From: Albugo candida
Lineage: Eukaryota
DNA: 64,000 nucleotides
Assembly: GCA_040437565.1 (NCBI GenBank)
Contig: JBDOQK010000014.1
Span: forward strand, 248,001 to 312,000
Direction: 5' to 3'
Part shown: positions 37,475 through 48,462 of the stretch, one piece after another
Layout of the letters: every line of letters starts with the position of its first letter
How positions within the stretch are numbered: position 1 is the first letter of the stretch
Notes under the pieces: generated by a model
What the model was told of the DNA's origin: nothing
Database searches by the model: none
What the model saw: only the letters and a program-made list of their open reading frames with translations
Position numbers and translations under genes: made by a program

Positions 37475-37924
37475 ATGACGCTATATGACATCCTTGGTGT
37501 GAGCCCGACTTCGACGGCGAAAGATATAAGAACCGCTTTCCGGACGAAAGCGAGAAAAATTCATCCAGATAAAAGGCAACTAAATGATAATAAGTATGAC
37601 GACTCCAGTGAGGCATCATTCGTTGAGCTACAGCAAGCGTATGACGTGCTTGGTGATGAGAAATGTCGACAGGAATACGATAAAACCTTATTGCATAAAT
37701 CTACAACCAGTGCTCGAATATCTCAAATAGTCTTCTTAGATGAGCTACAGGCAACTCAAGTGGATACGTTAGAAGGTACTTCAACTTGCTATTCAGTTGC
37801 ATGTCGCTGTGGTGATGCTTACCGGATATGGGACGAAGAACTAGAAGAAGACATCGACATAGTTCCCTGTGACGGCTGCTCACTCTATATCAGGATCAAA
37901 ACACGCCAATCAGTTTGTTACTAG
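37475..37924 (+). CDS. DPH4: Diphthamide biosynthesis J-protein (J domain + CSL zinc finger)
   Basis: TLYDILGV...HPDK J domain followed by CRCG...VPCDGCSL. Confidence 0.9.
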   Translation: MTLYDILGVSPTSTAKDIRTAFRTKARKIHPDKRQLNDNKYDDSSEASFVELQQAYDVLGDEKCRQEYDKTLLHKSTTSARISQIVFLDELQATQVDTLEGTSTCYSVACRCGDAYRIWDEELEEDIDIVPCDGCSLYIRIKTRQSVCY

Positions 37925-38093
37925 GAGATTGAGAAACTCGGCTATCAACTTCAAGATACGAATATTCTTCCGTCATGAATGTTTGTCAGATGCTGCAGGC
38001 AGATTACAGTCGTTTATGATTATGCATTTTGTTGAGTAATTGTGTCTTAGAACAATCGCTCCTTCAGCATGGCGAGATACAAACCAACGTTCA

Positions 38094-39982
38094 CTAGTAA
38101 CGATATAATTTTGCTGCCTTAGTTTTCTCCAAATCGACTTTGTGGCCAAATAGCTCACGGATATTATCGATTCGATATTTGATCATCGTTGGTCGCTCGA
38201 GAGATAATCCCCACGCGATGACACGAACGTCTTTCGGCAGTCCCATTGGAAGTAGCATCTCGGGACGGAACACACCAGAATTGCCAATCTCAGTCCATTT
38301 TTTTAGATCTGGATGGAACGCAAATATCTCCATACTAGGTTCAGTATAAGGATTGTACGCCGGCTTGAAACGCATTTTTGTGATCCCTTCACGCAAAGGT
38401 GAGTATCAAGTGGTGAAAGTAAGCAAGAAAATACCGATTTTCTTGAAGAAAGCTTCGATAATTCCAATGAGGTCGCCCAAAGACAGATTGTAATCCGCTA
38501 CTACGCCTTCGACCTGATGAAATTCAGCGAGATGTGTTGCGTCCATATTTTCGTTGCGAAATACTCGATCGATTGAGAAATACTTTCTAGGCTGGAATCC
38601 TTCTGGTTGCTACGAGTAGTGTAAAGTTAGACGCCAATACAGACAAGTGTACGTATGACCAACGTTTGCCAATTTGTACAGCATCTGGGCAGAAATCGCG
38701 GTTGTATGTGTGCGTAAGACGTTTTCCATCGAAGTTTCTCGTTTAAACGCGCCACTTCCATGACTACCACGTGAACGTCAGCATTGGAACTACAGATGGA
38801 AGGAAATACTTACCCAATTGATCCGTGTCCTCCGTGCTCGTGCATCTCTTTCACCCTTTCGTAATAGTCTTCTGGGACTCGATGGCACGTGGAAGGTTCT
38901 ACGTTTGACAGCGAGTCATTAGCTCAACTGTTGAAACACTAGGCTTTAAAGCTTGCTTGTTAAGAAAAAAGTGTCATGAGCATCTCGAGCTGGATGAGAT
39001 TGTGGCTGAAATAGCGAGTCAAAGTTCCAAAAACTGCTTTCCACGAATCGATTTGTTGGCATTTCCTCAAAGCTAGACCAATAAAGCGTCAGCAATTGAA
39101 GAAGAGCGAGAACAAGAAATGTACCCCATGTCCATCAACACACGTCGAAATTCACTTCGTACTTTCAACAAGGGATGCAGGTATCCTCCACCAATTGGTA
39201 GCCCCAACGTATTAAAATTATAAGGCTTAAAAGTTTCTGTTCGCCAAGCACCACTATCGATACATTTGGGTCAATTTGGATTCACAGTATGGAGTTTGAT
39301 ACTTACTCTTCCAACAATTCTTTTGTCAGCCCTGAAGCCTGTTTTTTGCGTTTCAGTGCAAAATGGACTCCTTTGGTGATCTTATACGATTTTCGCGTTC
39401 GTGTTTCCAGCAGATTACGTCGTTTCAATGCCTTCGCCTCATCCGGAGTAAGTGACGCAATTGACCCTTGAGCCTTTTCAACGCGCATTAAGGTGTCTGT
39501 GACTTCATCTTGAATAGAATCTAGCTACATTTCGTGCAGGCAAATGAGATATTGGTTGGTAAACAGCTCTTGTAAGATCCACGCACATTCCGATAGAACC
39601 TTCCGGTCACTTTGTCGAAGCGAATCCATTTATTCTTCATGCAAACTCCTTGTCCAACTTTAAAGACGGAGGATCCCAAACTCGCTTCTAGTTCCGTGCG
39701 TACTGTCCCTTGGTCTTTCGATACAGCGTGGAAGACCATATATTCCGGTGAGCCATGTTGCATGAATTCTTTAGCTTCGTCTTTGATGATGTAGAAAGAT
39801 ACTGTGAGCTCTTGGCTCTGCACAAACGCATCGACCATAAGCGATTTCATTACGCCGATAATGACTTCATGCGGAAAATTATTCTCTATGGAGTATGCGT
39901 ATGTGTCTGCAATCTCATTATCGGAATGGAGTGTGTGAAGAATGGCTGCTTCGATGCGCTGTTTCTCATCTATTTCGCTCAT
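38094..39982 (-). CDS. FARSA: Cytosolic phenylalanyl-tRNA synthetase alpha subunit, multi-exon
   Basis: [15 protein letters not shown]...[92 protein letters not shown]. Confidence 0.95.
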
Positions 39983-40738
39983 TTGGCTGCAGAATCGCCA
40001 CCAATCGAGAGCGAATTTAGCCTAAGTTCGCGCCGTACGATGCGAATTCTGTCATACAGAAGTATCGTCAAAATGCATCGACAAGAAGGTTCTGCCAGCA
40101 ATAATTGCGTAGTTTTTCCTGGTACTAAATTGTAATGTACTGCTACTGCATTTCTATGCGCCAAGGGCGCATGCAAACGGAAGTATACGGGACATCAGAA
40201 TTTGCTTTCAAATCGAATGAAATTAGCGATCAGCGTTGTCACAAAATTAATCGCTTATTTATTGATCGAAATCAACGACGCAATGAAATTTTGCCTCGTC
40301 ACGTATCACGTACGTATGTCGACTGAAAGGTGCTCAACGCCTAAATAACTGATTACCATCCCTTCAATCGAATGATTATGAGCATCAATCACATTCAGAG
40401 ATCATCAGCTTTCATAAAAGCGAGAAAGCATATGCAGAGCGGAACGATTATGATTACATTTACACTACTCATCGAACAGTTATAAGCGCTTAATGGATGG
40501 AAAAAGTCGATGTATCGTAGTGGAATAAGGAGCATTACGTACACCACACCACTCAAGTACAGCGGTGTTTTTACCGATATCATTTTACTTATTTTGACGT
40601 CTCAGCTCACGCGTTCTACTGAGCACACTTTAATTCTTGTATATGCTTTGCTCCACATCATTTGCGACCTCCTACTGCTACCTATAATCAAAGACCGCTA
40701 CTCCAAAAACACTATACTATAATCTCAATACAATAAAA

Positions 40739-42858
40739 ATGCAGGAATCCTCGTCATTGCCATCCTCATCATCAGGCAATCATAATTGCAGCCTCTGTAC
40801 TGTATCCTTGACTGATCTATGCTTGATATCAGGACCCGCGAGCAATCGAAGCTGCAAGAAACCTTCCTCAGCCGATTTTATGTTTGGCACCACACTTGGC
40901 GAAGGAGCTTATGCGAGAGTATGAATACCTCCTACTCGACTGCGAAAATGCGGAAAAAAGCTTACTGATTGCTACTTAGGTCGTTCATGCGCGTATGAAA
41001 GACACTGGAATGGAATATGCAGTGAAAATCATGGAAAAGCGGTTCATTAAGAAGGAAAAAAAAGTCAAATTTGTGATGATGGAACGAAAAGTCTTCTCCA
41101 AAGTTTCACATGACCGTATTGTCAAGCTTTACTTTACATTTCAGGTTTGGAGTGTGCATTTGAATCGAAAGGAATCGACTTCATTCTTTGTTTAGGATGA
41201 GAATTATCTTTATATGGTGATGGAATTATGTCGTGGTGGTGAATTGCTGGATGTGATCACGTACGTATAGTGTCTCTGGCTGCGGAGGACGTCTCCACGT
41301 ATGCGAATGATTAGGAAGAAGCATCAAGAACAAGAAGCTCTCGGCTTGAAAGATCGAGCGTGTTCTTTGGATATCGTCCGGTTCTTTATCGCTGAAATTG
41401 TGGTCGCGTTGCAATACTTGCATTCGAACGTAAGTCCTCTTGTCGCCTCATGACAATCGTGCTGAGTATCTGGATGCAGGGAGTGATCCATCGTGATCTC
41501 AAGCCAGAAAATATCTTGCTGTGGTTAGTTTGCCGCTAGTACCGTCACAAAGATCTTTATGAAGAATTTGTAGTGAAAACGGACATATCAAGATAACTGA
41601 TTTTGGAACAGCAAAGGTGCATTCACACTAGGAAAGTTGAATTGCGATACTGACGGATTTGTTGGCAGGATGAGACGGAAGAACATAAGCACAATACGTT
41701 TTGTGGAACTGCCGAATTCGTTTCGCCTGAAGTACTTCGAGATCATGAGGCTTCCAGAGGGTGTGATTTGTGGGCTTTAGCTTGTATGATTTTTCAAATG
41801 CTAGTCGGAAGGCCGATTTTTCGTGCGGAAAATGAATACCTGACATTCCAGCAGATATTGAATCATCCTGCCGAGGATTTTCGGTACCCTGAGGGATTCC
41901 CAGAAGTGGCAAAAGACTTGATTGATAGAATCTTGATACAGGATCCTAATGACCGGCTAGGAACTGGCTCAGCAGGAGATGGGAACGGGTATGAAGCTCT
42001 CAAATCACATCCTTTTTTTGAAGGTATCTGTTGGGATTCCATCGGATCGGAAGTCTCTCCTTATATACCTCATGTTGCCAAGCTGCCACCAACGGATAAT
42101 GTGCGCACTCCACCCTCACTTTTATAATCTGACATCGCTGCAATAGGATGGGGCTACTGAAGACTGGTTGTTCGCAGGTGTCGCCACTGAGCTTCAAGTT
42201 TCATCGGGCTTGGTTGCCGAACCTCTTATCGAGTATGACTCTTCTTTTTTGTGGTTATTGGTCTCGCTAATGGGCTGAGGATAGATGCAGAACCAGTGGT
42301 GACAACGTATGCGCTTCAGTGGATGTTTTAGAGGTTGCACGTCAAAAAGCAGCCGCGCCACCACCTCCGATCGTCCGCACAAGCTCCCTCTGGTACGCTA
42401 TCTTTCTCCGTTTTCTCGATGTCCAAGCCGCTAAAGCAGTATTCTAGGAATCGCTTCTTATTAGATGATGAGCTGATTAGAATGTGCGGTCTGATCAGCA
42501 AACGAAAAGGTCTTTTCTCCAAGAAGCGGCAGTTGATCCTCACATCCAAGCCGCGACTCATTTATATCGACCCGGCACGGATGAAGCAAAAAGGTTGGAA
42601 TCTCTGATGTTTTCTTTGATCAATCACGTTTTTATCTTCTCATCAGGCGAAATCCCCTGGTCGAAAAATCTGTATGTTCAGTCGAAAAGCACCACTGCCT
42701 TTGATGTTGTCACGGTATGTCATGTGTTCTACTTTGGACCTTTGGCTCATTGAATGTGTATGTGGTAGCCAAATCGTGTCTACCACCTGAACGATCTGGT
42801 CAATGGGTCACGAAAGTGGATCGATGCGATCAATTCAGTGCTAGTTCGAGCCATTTAG
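40739..42858 (+). CDS. PDK1: 3-phosphoinositide-dependent kinase PDK1-like (AGC kinase + C-terminal PH domain), many short exons
   Basis: DFMFGTTLGEGAYARV, YAVKIMEKRFI, HRDLKPEN, TDFGTAK, TFCGTAEFVSPE, DLWALACM, PH segment KRKGLFSKKRQLILTSKPRLIYIDP...GEIPWS. Confidence 0.9.
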
Positions 42859-43002
42859 ATAGACTCTATCTTTCCGGGAGGATTTGGAGTGGGCAGACAA
42901 CGACATAGTGCTATCGATATATTTTGTTTACTTGTAATAAAACTAGCAATCAAAAATATAGAATGCGGTGATGTATTGTACCAATCCCAGCGCTTTTAGT
43001 AA

Positions 43003-43623
43003 CTATTCATCATCCTCCTCGCCGGCGCCTACATCGTGAATATTGAAGTATCGGATCTGATACGATTGACGATCGGATGCAATCACATGCAAGTAATCTC
43101 GCAATTGCTGCTTCTTGAGGTACTTTTTGGTCAGATACTTGAGATATCGCTTCGAAAAAGGAATTGTGGAGACGATAGTCAGCTTTGCATTTGCACGCGA
43201 AATTGTGACTGAATCTCCGAGAACACCAGCCTTCCCATTCACTTTGATTCGATCGTGCAAAAACTTTTCAAATGACGAAGTATCTAAAACACGATCGTTG
43301 ACGGGAATCGTGCAATCGACTGTGAACTTTAACACTTGTTTTTTACTCAATTTCTTTCCGTTGTTCTATCGGCAGAAACAATAAAAAGCGTTAGACAGGT
43401 ACGCGCAATAAGAAAACGCTGTCACCCAAAGTGAGATGCTGCAGTACAGAGAGTTATCAGCTTGCGGACACTTGACCACTGCATCATGAGTTTTGTCCGA
43501 TGCACGGATTGCCCGGGCAGAGACGGTGATGCTGTGTGCACAAAAGAACACACAATAACCCTCTGCAGCTAGCAACGCACACTGGGAGCACGTAATTTAT
43601 TCACATACTGCTGGTGGAGCCAT
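43003..43623 (-). CDS. RPL22: 60S ribosomal protein L22e (eL22); 15-nt first coding exon (MAPPA) and 243-nt intron 43366-43608
   Basis: [10 protein letters not shown]...[14 protein letters not shown]...[26 protein letters not shown] 43623 then GTATGT donor; phase-0 join to the TAG acceptor keeps the frame. Confidence 0.93.
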
Positions 43624-43921
43624 GGTACTTTGATTGGGATTGGCAAAGGATATGCGATAACGACTAAATGTGGTTGGAAGTACAGCAACCACTTATTCTC
43701 TGCGTGATGATTGGTGATTAATATACATAGCATTGATTGGTCTATAATCCAGATGATACCGGATTTAGATGAAGTTACCGGTACGATTTTGGGTGGTGAT
43801 CGTGCAAAGTCATTCATCTTGTGTCTGGTGGAATTGCTTTAATCGACCTTAAATTGATACAAGGTACGATGTAAAAGCAGCCTCTTCGATAGCTTTGTTA
43901 ACACCCTTTCGGAATGTGTAG

Positions 43922-44266
43922 ATGCGTTACATTGCTGCCTACTTACTCGCTGTTCTTGGTGGAAACGAGTCACCATCGGCCGCAAATATCGAAAAGATCC
44001 TCAATTCCGTTGGTATTGAGATCGACTCGGAACGACTGGAAAAAGTGATTTCCGAGCTATCTGGAAAATCGATCGATCAGATCATTGCCGATGGATCTAA
44101 GAAACTGGCGACTTTCGGAGGTGGTGCTGGTGCTGGTCCTTCTACCAGCGCTGATGCGGCTGCATCTGGTGCACCAGCCGAGGAGAAAGCTGAGGTGAAA
44201 GAAGAGGCAGAAGAGGTTGACATTGGCGGAGGCTTAAGCATGTTTGACGATGATGACGACTACTAG
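43922..44266 (+). CDS. RPLP2: 60S acidic ribosomal protein P2
   Basis: MRYIAAYLLAVLGGNESPS, Ala/Gly hinge, acidic tail. Probable 5'-UTR intron 43864-43921 ending directly at the ATG. Confidence 0.95.
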   Translation: MRYIAAYLLAVLGGNESPSAANIEKILNSVGIEIDSERLEKVISELSGKSIDQIIADGSKKLATFGGGAGAGPSTSADAAASGAPAEEKAEVKEEAEEVDIGGGLSMFDDDDDY

Positions 44267-44356
44267 ACCCAACGTAGCTTGGTAATTGTCACTATCGATC
44301 AAATAGTCAAACGTGTCAAATTACAAATTTGTTTAGACTTCACTCTATGAGTAGAA

Positions 44357-45273
44357 TCATTGCAGCTGACATCCACGCTCCTTTGCTCGTATACCAGGAT
44401 TCTTCACATCTGGATCGTCCTGCGTATGGTTGATGATTTGAGCTCGCAAGACTGGGATTTGAGCTTCTAGCTCATTTTTCGACAGCTTGATTCCTGCCAA
44501 GTCTGCTGCAATCTGACAAAACATTGAATCCACATGATCCCCTGTTTTGGCTGATACTTGAAAGCTGTGAAGATGACTTTCCAGCACAAACTGTTTGTGC
44601 TTTTCTTCGCTGACTGCTCGCATATGATTCAAGTCCGCTACAAAAACAAACGGCCCAGTGAGTATTCAAAAAGCGGTGTGTTTTTGACTCACATTTGTTC
44701 CCAACCAAAGCAATGTAAGGTAAGCTATCTTGTCCGAAAGTGCGCCAAACGAGCTGATACCAGTCCTCCAGATTCTGGAAGCTCTCATAGTTTGTTATGT
44801 CATATACTAAAAGCACAGCCTATGACCGCCTCCAACATATATTCAATCAAATTGCCGTACTATATCAAAAGTAGGAGCTCTCAAGAAATAACAGCGTACC
44901 TGAGCTCCATATATATAATTACGCAGCATTTTCCCACCGATCGATTGTCCTCCGATGTCCCAAATTTGGAGCGTGACCGGAGTGTTCTCTACAACTCAAT
45001 TGCTTCACAAATAAAAAATCGAATTTTGATGGGCACTTACCCGAAAGTGTGAGACGCCGAAGGAAAAAGTCGAGTCCAATTGTTTGTTTGTAAGTATTAG
45101 AAAACATATCTTCAGTCTGACGTAATGCAATGGAAGTCTTTCCTACAGCTCCATCTCCGAGAATGATAATCTGACGACAATGGAGAGAATAGTGTTGCAT
45201 TATTGATAGGCATAAAACGCACTTTATATTGTAGCTGAACAGCTTCGCATTCACTTTCACTCTCTTTCGACAT
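44357..45273 (-). CDS. RAB28: Rab28-like small GTPase, multi-exon
   Basis: [53 protein letters not shown], single C-terminal CQLQ CAAX-type motif. Confidence 0.88.
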
Positions 45274-45378
45274 GAAAAATCGTCGTCTTGTGACGCTTTA
45301 AGATCGCTTTATTTGATGTACCTATGCACACTATATTGGATGAAGGAAGTGAATCGGCAAAATGTTTTCATTGAAGCG

Positions 45379-47828
45379 TTAGAATCGCCCTAAACTAAAT
45401 CCCGGTCGTCCGATAGAAACAGCTTTCTTTCCAGGCTTGCTCTGGCTTGACTTGTCTTTTTCCGTGCTTTCTTCACCTGCTTCGTTCTTTTTAGTCCATT
45501 CCTTCCCCGAAGACGTCAAAATCTCGCACTTTTGTTTCATCAGTTCACGGAGCGCGACTATCGCATCACAGTCAGCAGGCAGCGCAAACTCCAGTATCAG
45601 CGCATGTTTGTCTGCTTCTGGCGCGTCTTGCTTTGACGTAGGGTGGTCAACACCAGATTTGCGAGTAAGGTGGTCCACGTCAGTTGACACAAGCGATTGC
45701 GTCNNNNNNNNNNNNNNNNNNNNNNNNNNNNNNNNNNNNNNNNNNNNNNNNNNNNNNNNNNNNNNNNNNNNNNNNNNNNNNNNNNNNNNNNNNNNNNNNN
45801 NNNCAGTTGACACAAGCGATTGCGTCGCATTTGCATATTTCACCACTTTGTGCACAGTCTTTCGCGGTGTTTCAACAGCCAACCGATAGGTTCCATCAAG
45901 AGTATAGCAGCATTTCACACCCGCATTGGGTTTCCAAGTGTTCATATAGACACCATCTTTCGCTAAAAGGGCTTTAAACGCGCTTCCGATATCGTTCTTT
46001 GGGTACTCCACATCGAATCCAGGCACCGGTAGCACCACATCCTTCAGTGTGTACTGACTCACATTATCTTCTGTGAGACAGAGAACTCGAGCCGCATCAT
46101 CCGATTGCACATTTCCACTGACTGAAGTGCCCGATTTCGGACATTGTAGCACCAAATCTCCAATAATGGCTTTCACTGGGTCCTGTGCAACTCGTTTGCT
46201 TGCCATCTGATTCCACACGTAGCTCTGATATGACTCCACGTACATCACCCGAAGGTTTTGCGGTACGTTCTGGAAAGCTAATTCGTATGCCTCACTTCCA
46301 TGCTTGATCAATCCTTCCAGGACAGCTCGTTCGGCGACTAAGAAAGGTGGAAACATGCGTAATGCAGCACTCATATCTTTGTGTTGACGATAATGTTCTC
46401 GAGCTTGACGAATCTTGGTAGCTTCCCCTTCTTGTGGCTTTAGTAACATCATAATTGCTTGTCTAAAGTCTTTGCGTAAAATTGCACGGCCAATGGAGCT
46501 GTATAATAAGCGACTTGATCCGAATCGATGCGTGCCGAAGAAATTGATAAACCCGGCTTGAGTCCATTTAAGCACACATTCATCCATACTGAGGCAAGCG
46601 TTTACATCGGAAAGCGATCGTATTACGATTGTAAACTGGTTCCCCCAAATAGATTCTTTGACCAGTTTTGACGACACGTATCGCACATTCCCCACGATGA
46701 ATGGATGCTCATGAAGAGGACGCTCTGTGGACCGAGCCAGCTGCTGAAAGCGTTCCTTACGTAGACGATACGCAGTGCATGATTGTGTCGTAATACCTCG
46801 CTTCTCTTTTGTTTCCGCATATGTGAACGTGGACACTGGAATATGAAGCTGACCAGCTATTTGTGAAATCACTGAAAGTGTATCTTTGTTCTGTTTGTAG
46901 AGCACAAATTGCAAGTAATCAGCTACGAAAAGAAAATCAGACATTTTCCACTTCAAAAAAAGAAGTACTCACGCAAATTTACAGGCCAATCGCGCCTTTT
47001 TTCGTCCTGTAGCTTTCCAGTAGCGTCAACACGCGCACGTGATACTCGAATTACTTTTCCATTTTTGGCAGTTGTGATGGTTTCTGCAACAATAAGCTTT
47101 TTCCCAAATCGCCGAATAGATTCATGCAATTGCACGCGATCTTTCTTTTCCGTCAGTCCGCTGACATAAAACACCAAGTCATCCTCCTTTGGCGCTATGT
47201 TGTCGAATTTGCTTATAATGACATCTGTTTTCTGCTCCCGTTGAGCATTTTGCAGCTTATTTTGAGCTTTCACACGATTCAAAAACGTCTCAAATTCTTC
47301 TCCTTGCGCATTTCCTAATTCTTTCGTCACCATATGCACCAATGTGCGATGATTGTAAGCTTCCAGCGCCTTCTGCTCTTGTTGCATTCGGTTTTGCGTC
47401 ACATCCGAGAGCTTTTTATTGAGCATTTTGACGACTTTGACATCCGATTGCGCATGTTGGGAATCGGTCGATAAAAAACTAAGAACGAGCTCCTGGAAAG
47501 TTTTCGCAAGTGATTGGGATCGTTTGAGTAATGCGTTTAGAGTAATCAGTCGATGTGCCGCATCGATTTCGTGAACAATGAAGTCAGAATAGCGCTCTTT
47601 GTAATTTCCTAGAAAGCCTTCGGCATCAGTTAAAAAACCATAGATGCCAACAGAGCTTTCTTGCAAAGGTACGGTCTCCTGATCCGTGTAGCCTTTATCT
47701 TGATACCAAGAAGGATCGCGTTGCCTTTTCTTGTTGGCGTCATTACGCTGGTATGGTCTGGAGCTGGAAGAATGGTGGGATCGCTTACGATCGCGCTGAG
47801 AATGCATTTTTCCGGCGGCATTGGGCAT
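45379..47828 (-). CDS. Second TruD/Pus7-family paralogue with altered catalytic motif
   Basis: KERYSDFIVHE, LQFVLYKQNKDT, FTYAETKEKRGITTQ, GNQFTIVIR, FINFFGTHRFG, ESYQSYVWN, VVLPVPG. Collinear with the 34171-36703 gene. Confidence 0.88.
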
Positions 47829-48462
47829 CGTTGGTGAGGATACTTATGGTTTATTCGCAAAGTAGGCATTTGACTACCAAGAATTACCGATATGATATGC
47901 GATATCTGAGAAACCTATGACGACTATCCTATCGCTTGCGGATCTACTGATTGCTTCCAATGCTTTAAAGCGATCTTGGATGAGTTTGTACGCAGGACGT
48001 TATCGCTTTCTATCGCTCGTAANNNNNNNNNNNNNNNNNNNNNNNNNNNNNNNNNNNNNNNNNNNNNNNNNNNNNNNNNNNNNNNNNNNNNNNNNNNNNN
48101 NNNNNNNNNNNNNNNNNNNNNNCCGTGTAGCCTTTATCTTGATACCAAGAAGGATCGCGTTGCCTTTTCTTGTTGGCGTCATTACGCTGGTATGGTCTGG
48201 AGCTGGAAGAATGGTGGGATCGCTTACGATCGCGCTGAGAATGCATTTTTCCGGCGGCATTGGGCATCGTTGGTGAGGATACTTATGGTTTATTCGCAAA
48301 GTAGGCATTTGACTACCAAGAATTACCGATATGATATGCGATATCTGAGAAACCTATGACGACTATCCTATCGCTTGCGGATCTACTGATTGCTTCCAAT
48401 GCTTTAAAGCGATCTTGGATGAGTTTGTACGCAGGACGTTATCGCTTTCTATCGCTCGTAAA

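Larger units (their letters stand above)
6401..48122. other. Ten 100-N scaffold gaps (starting 6401, 10066, 12290, 13505, 19210, 26402, 29780, 34579, 45704, 48023)
   Basis: Runs of exactly 100 N. Nine show the same sequence on both sides (unmerged contig overlaps). Confidence 0.95.

Noticed and set aside
43425..43586. TPP or SAM riboswitch in the RPL22 intron
   Set aside because: Conserved aptamer motifs (e.g. TPP CUGAGA and CCUGAU...UAAU) are absent on the transcribed strand. Kept only as an unclassified structure.
47683..48462. Apparent third Pus7-like 5' end and duplicated promoter
   Set aside because: Exact repeat across the gap at 48023-48122; artefact.
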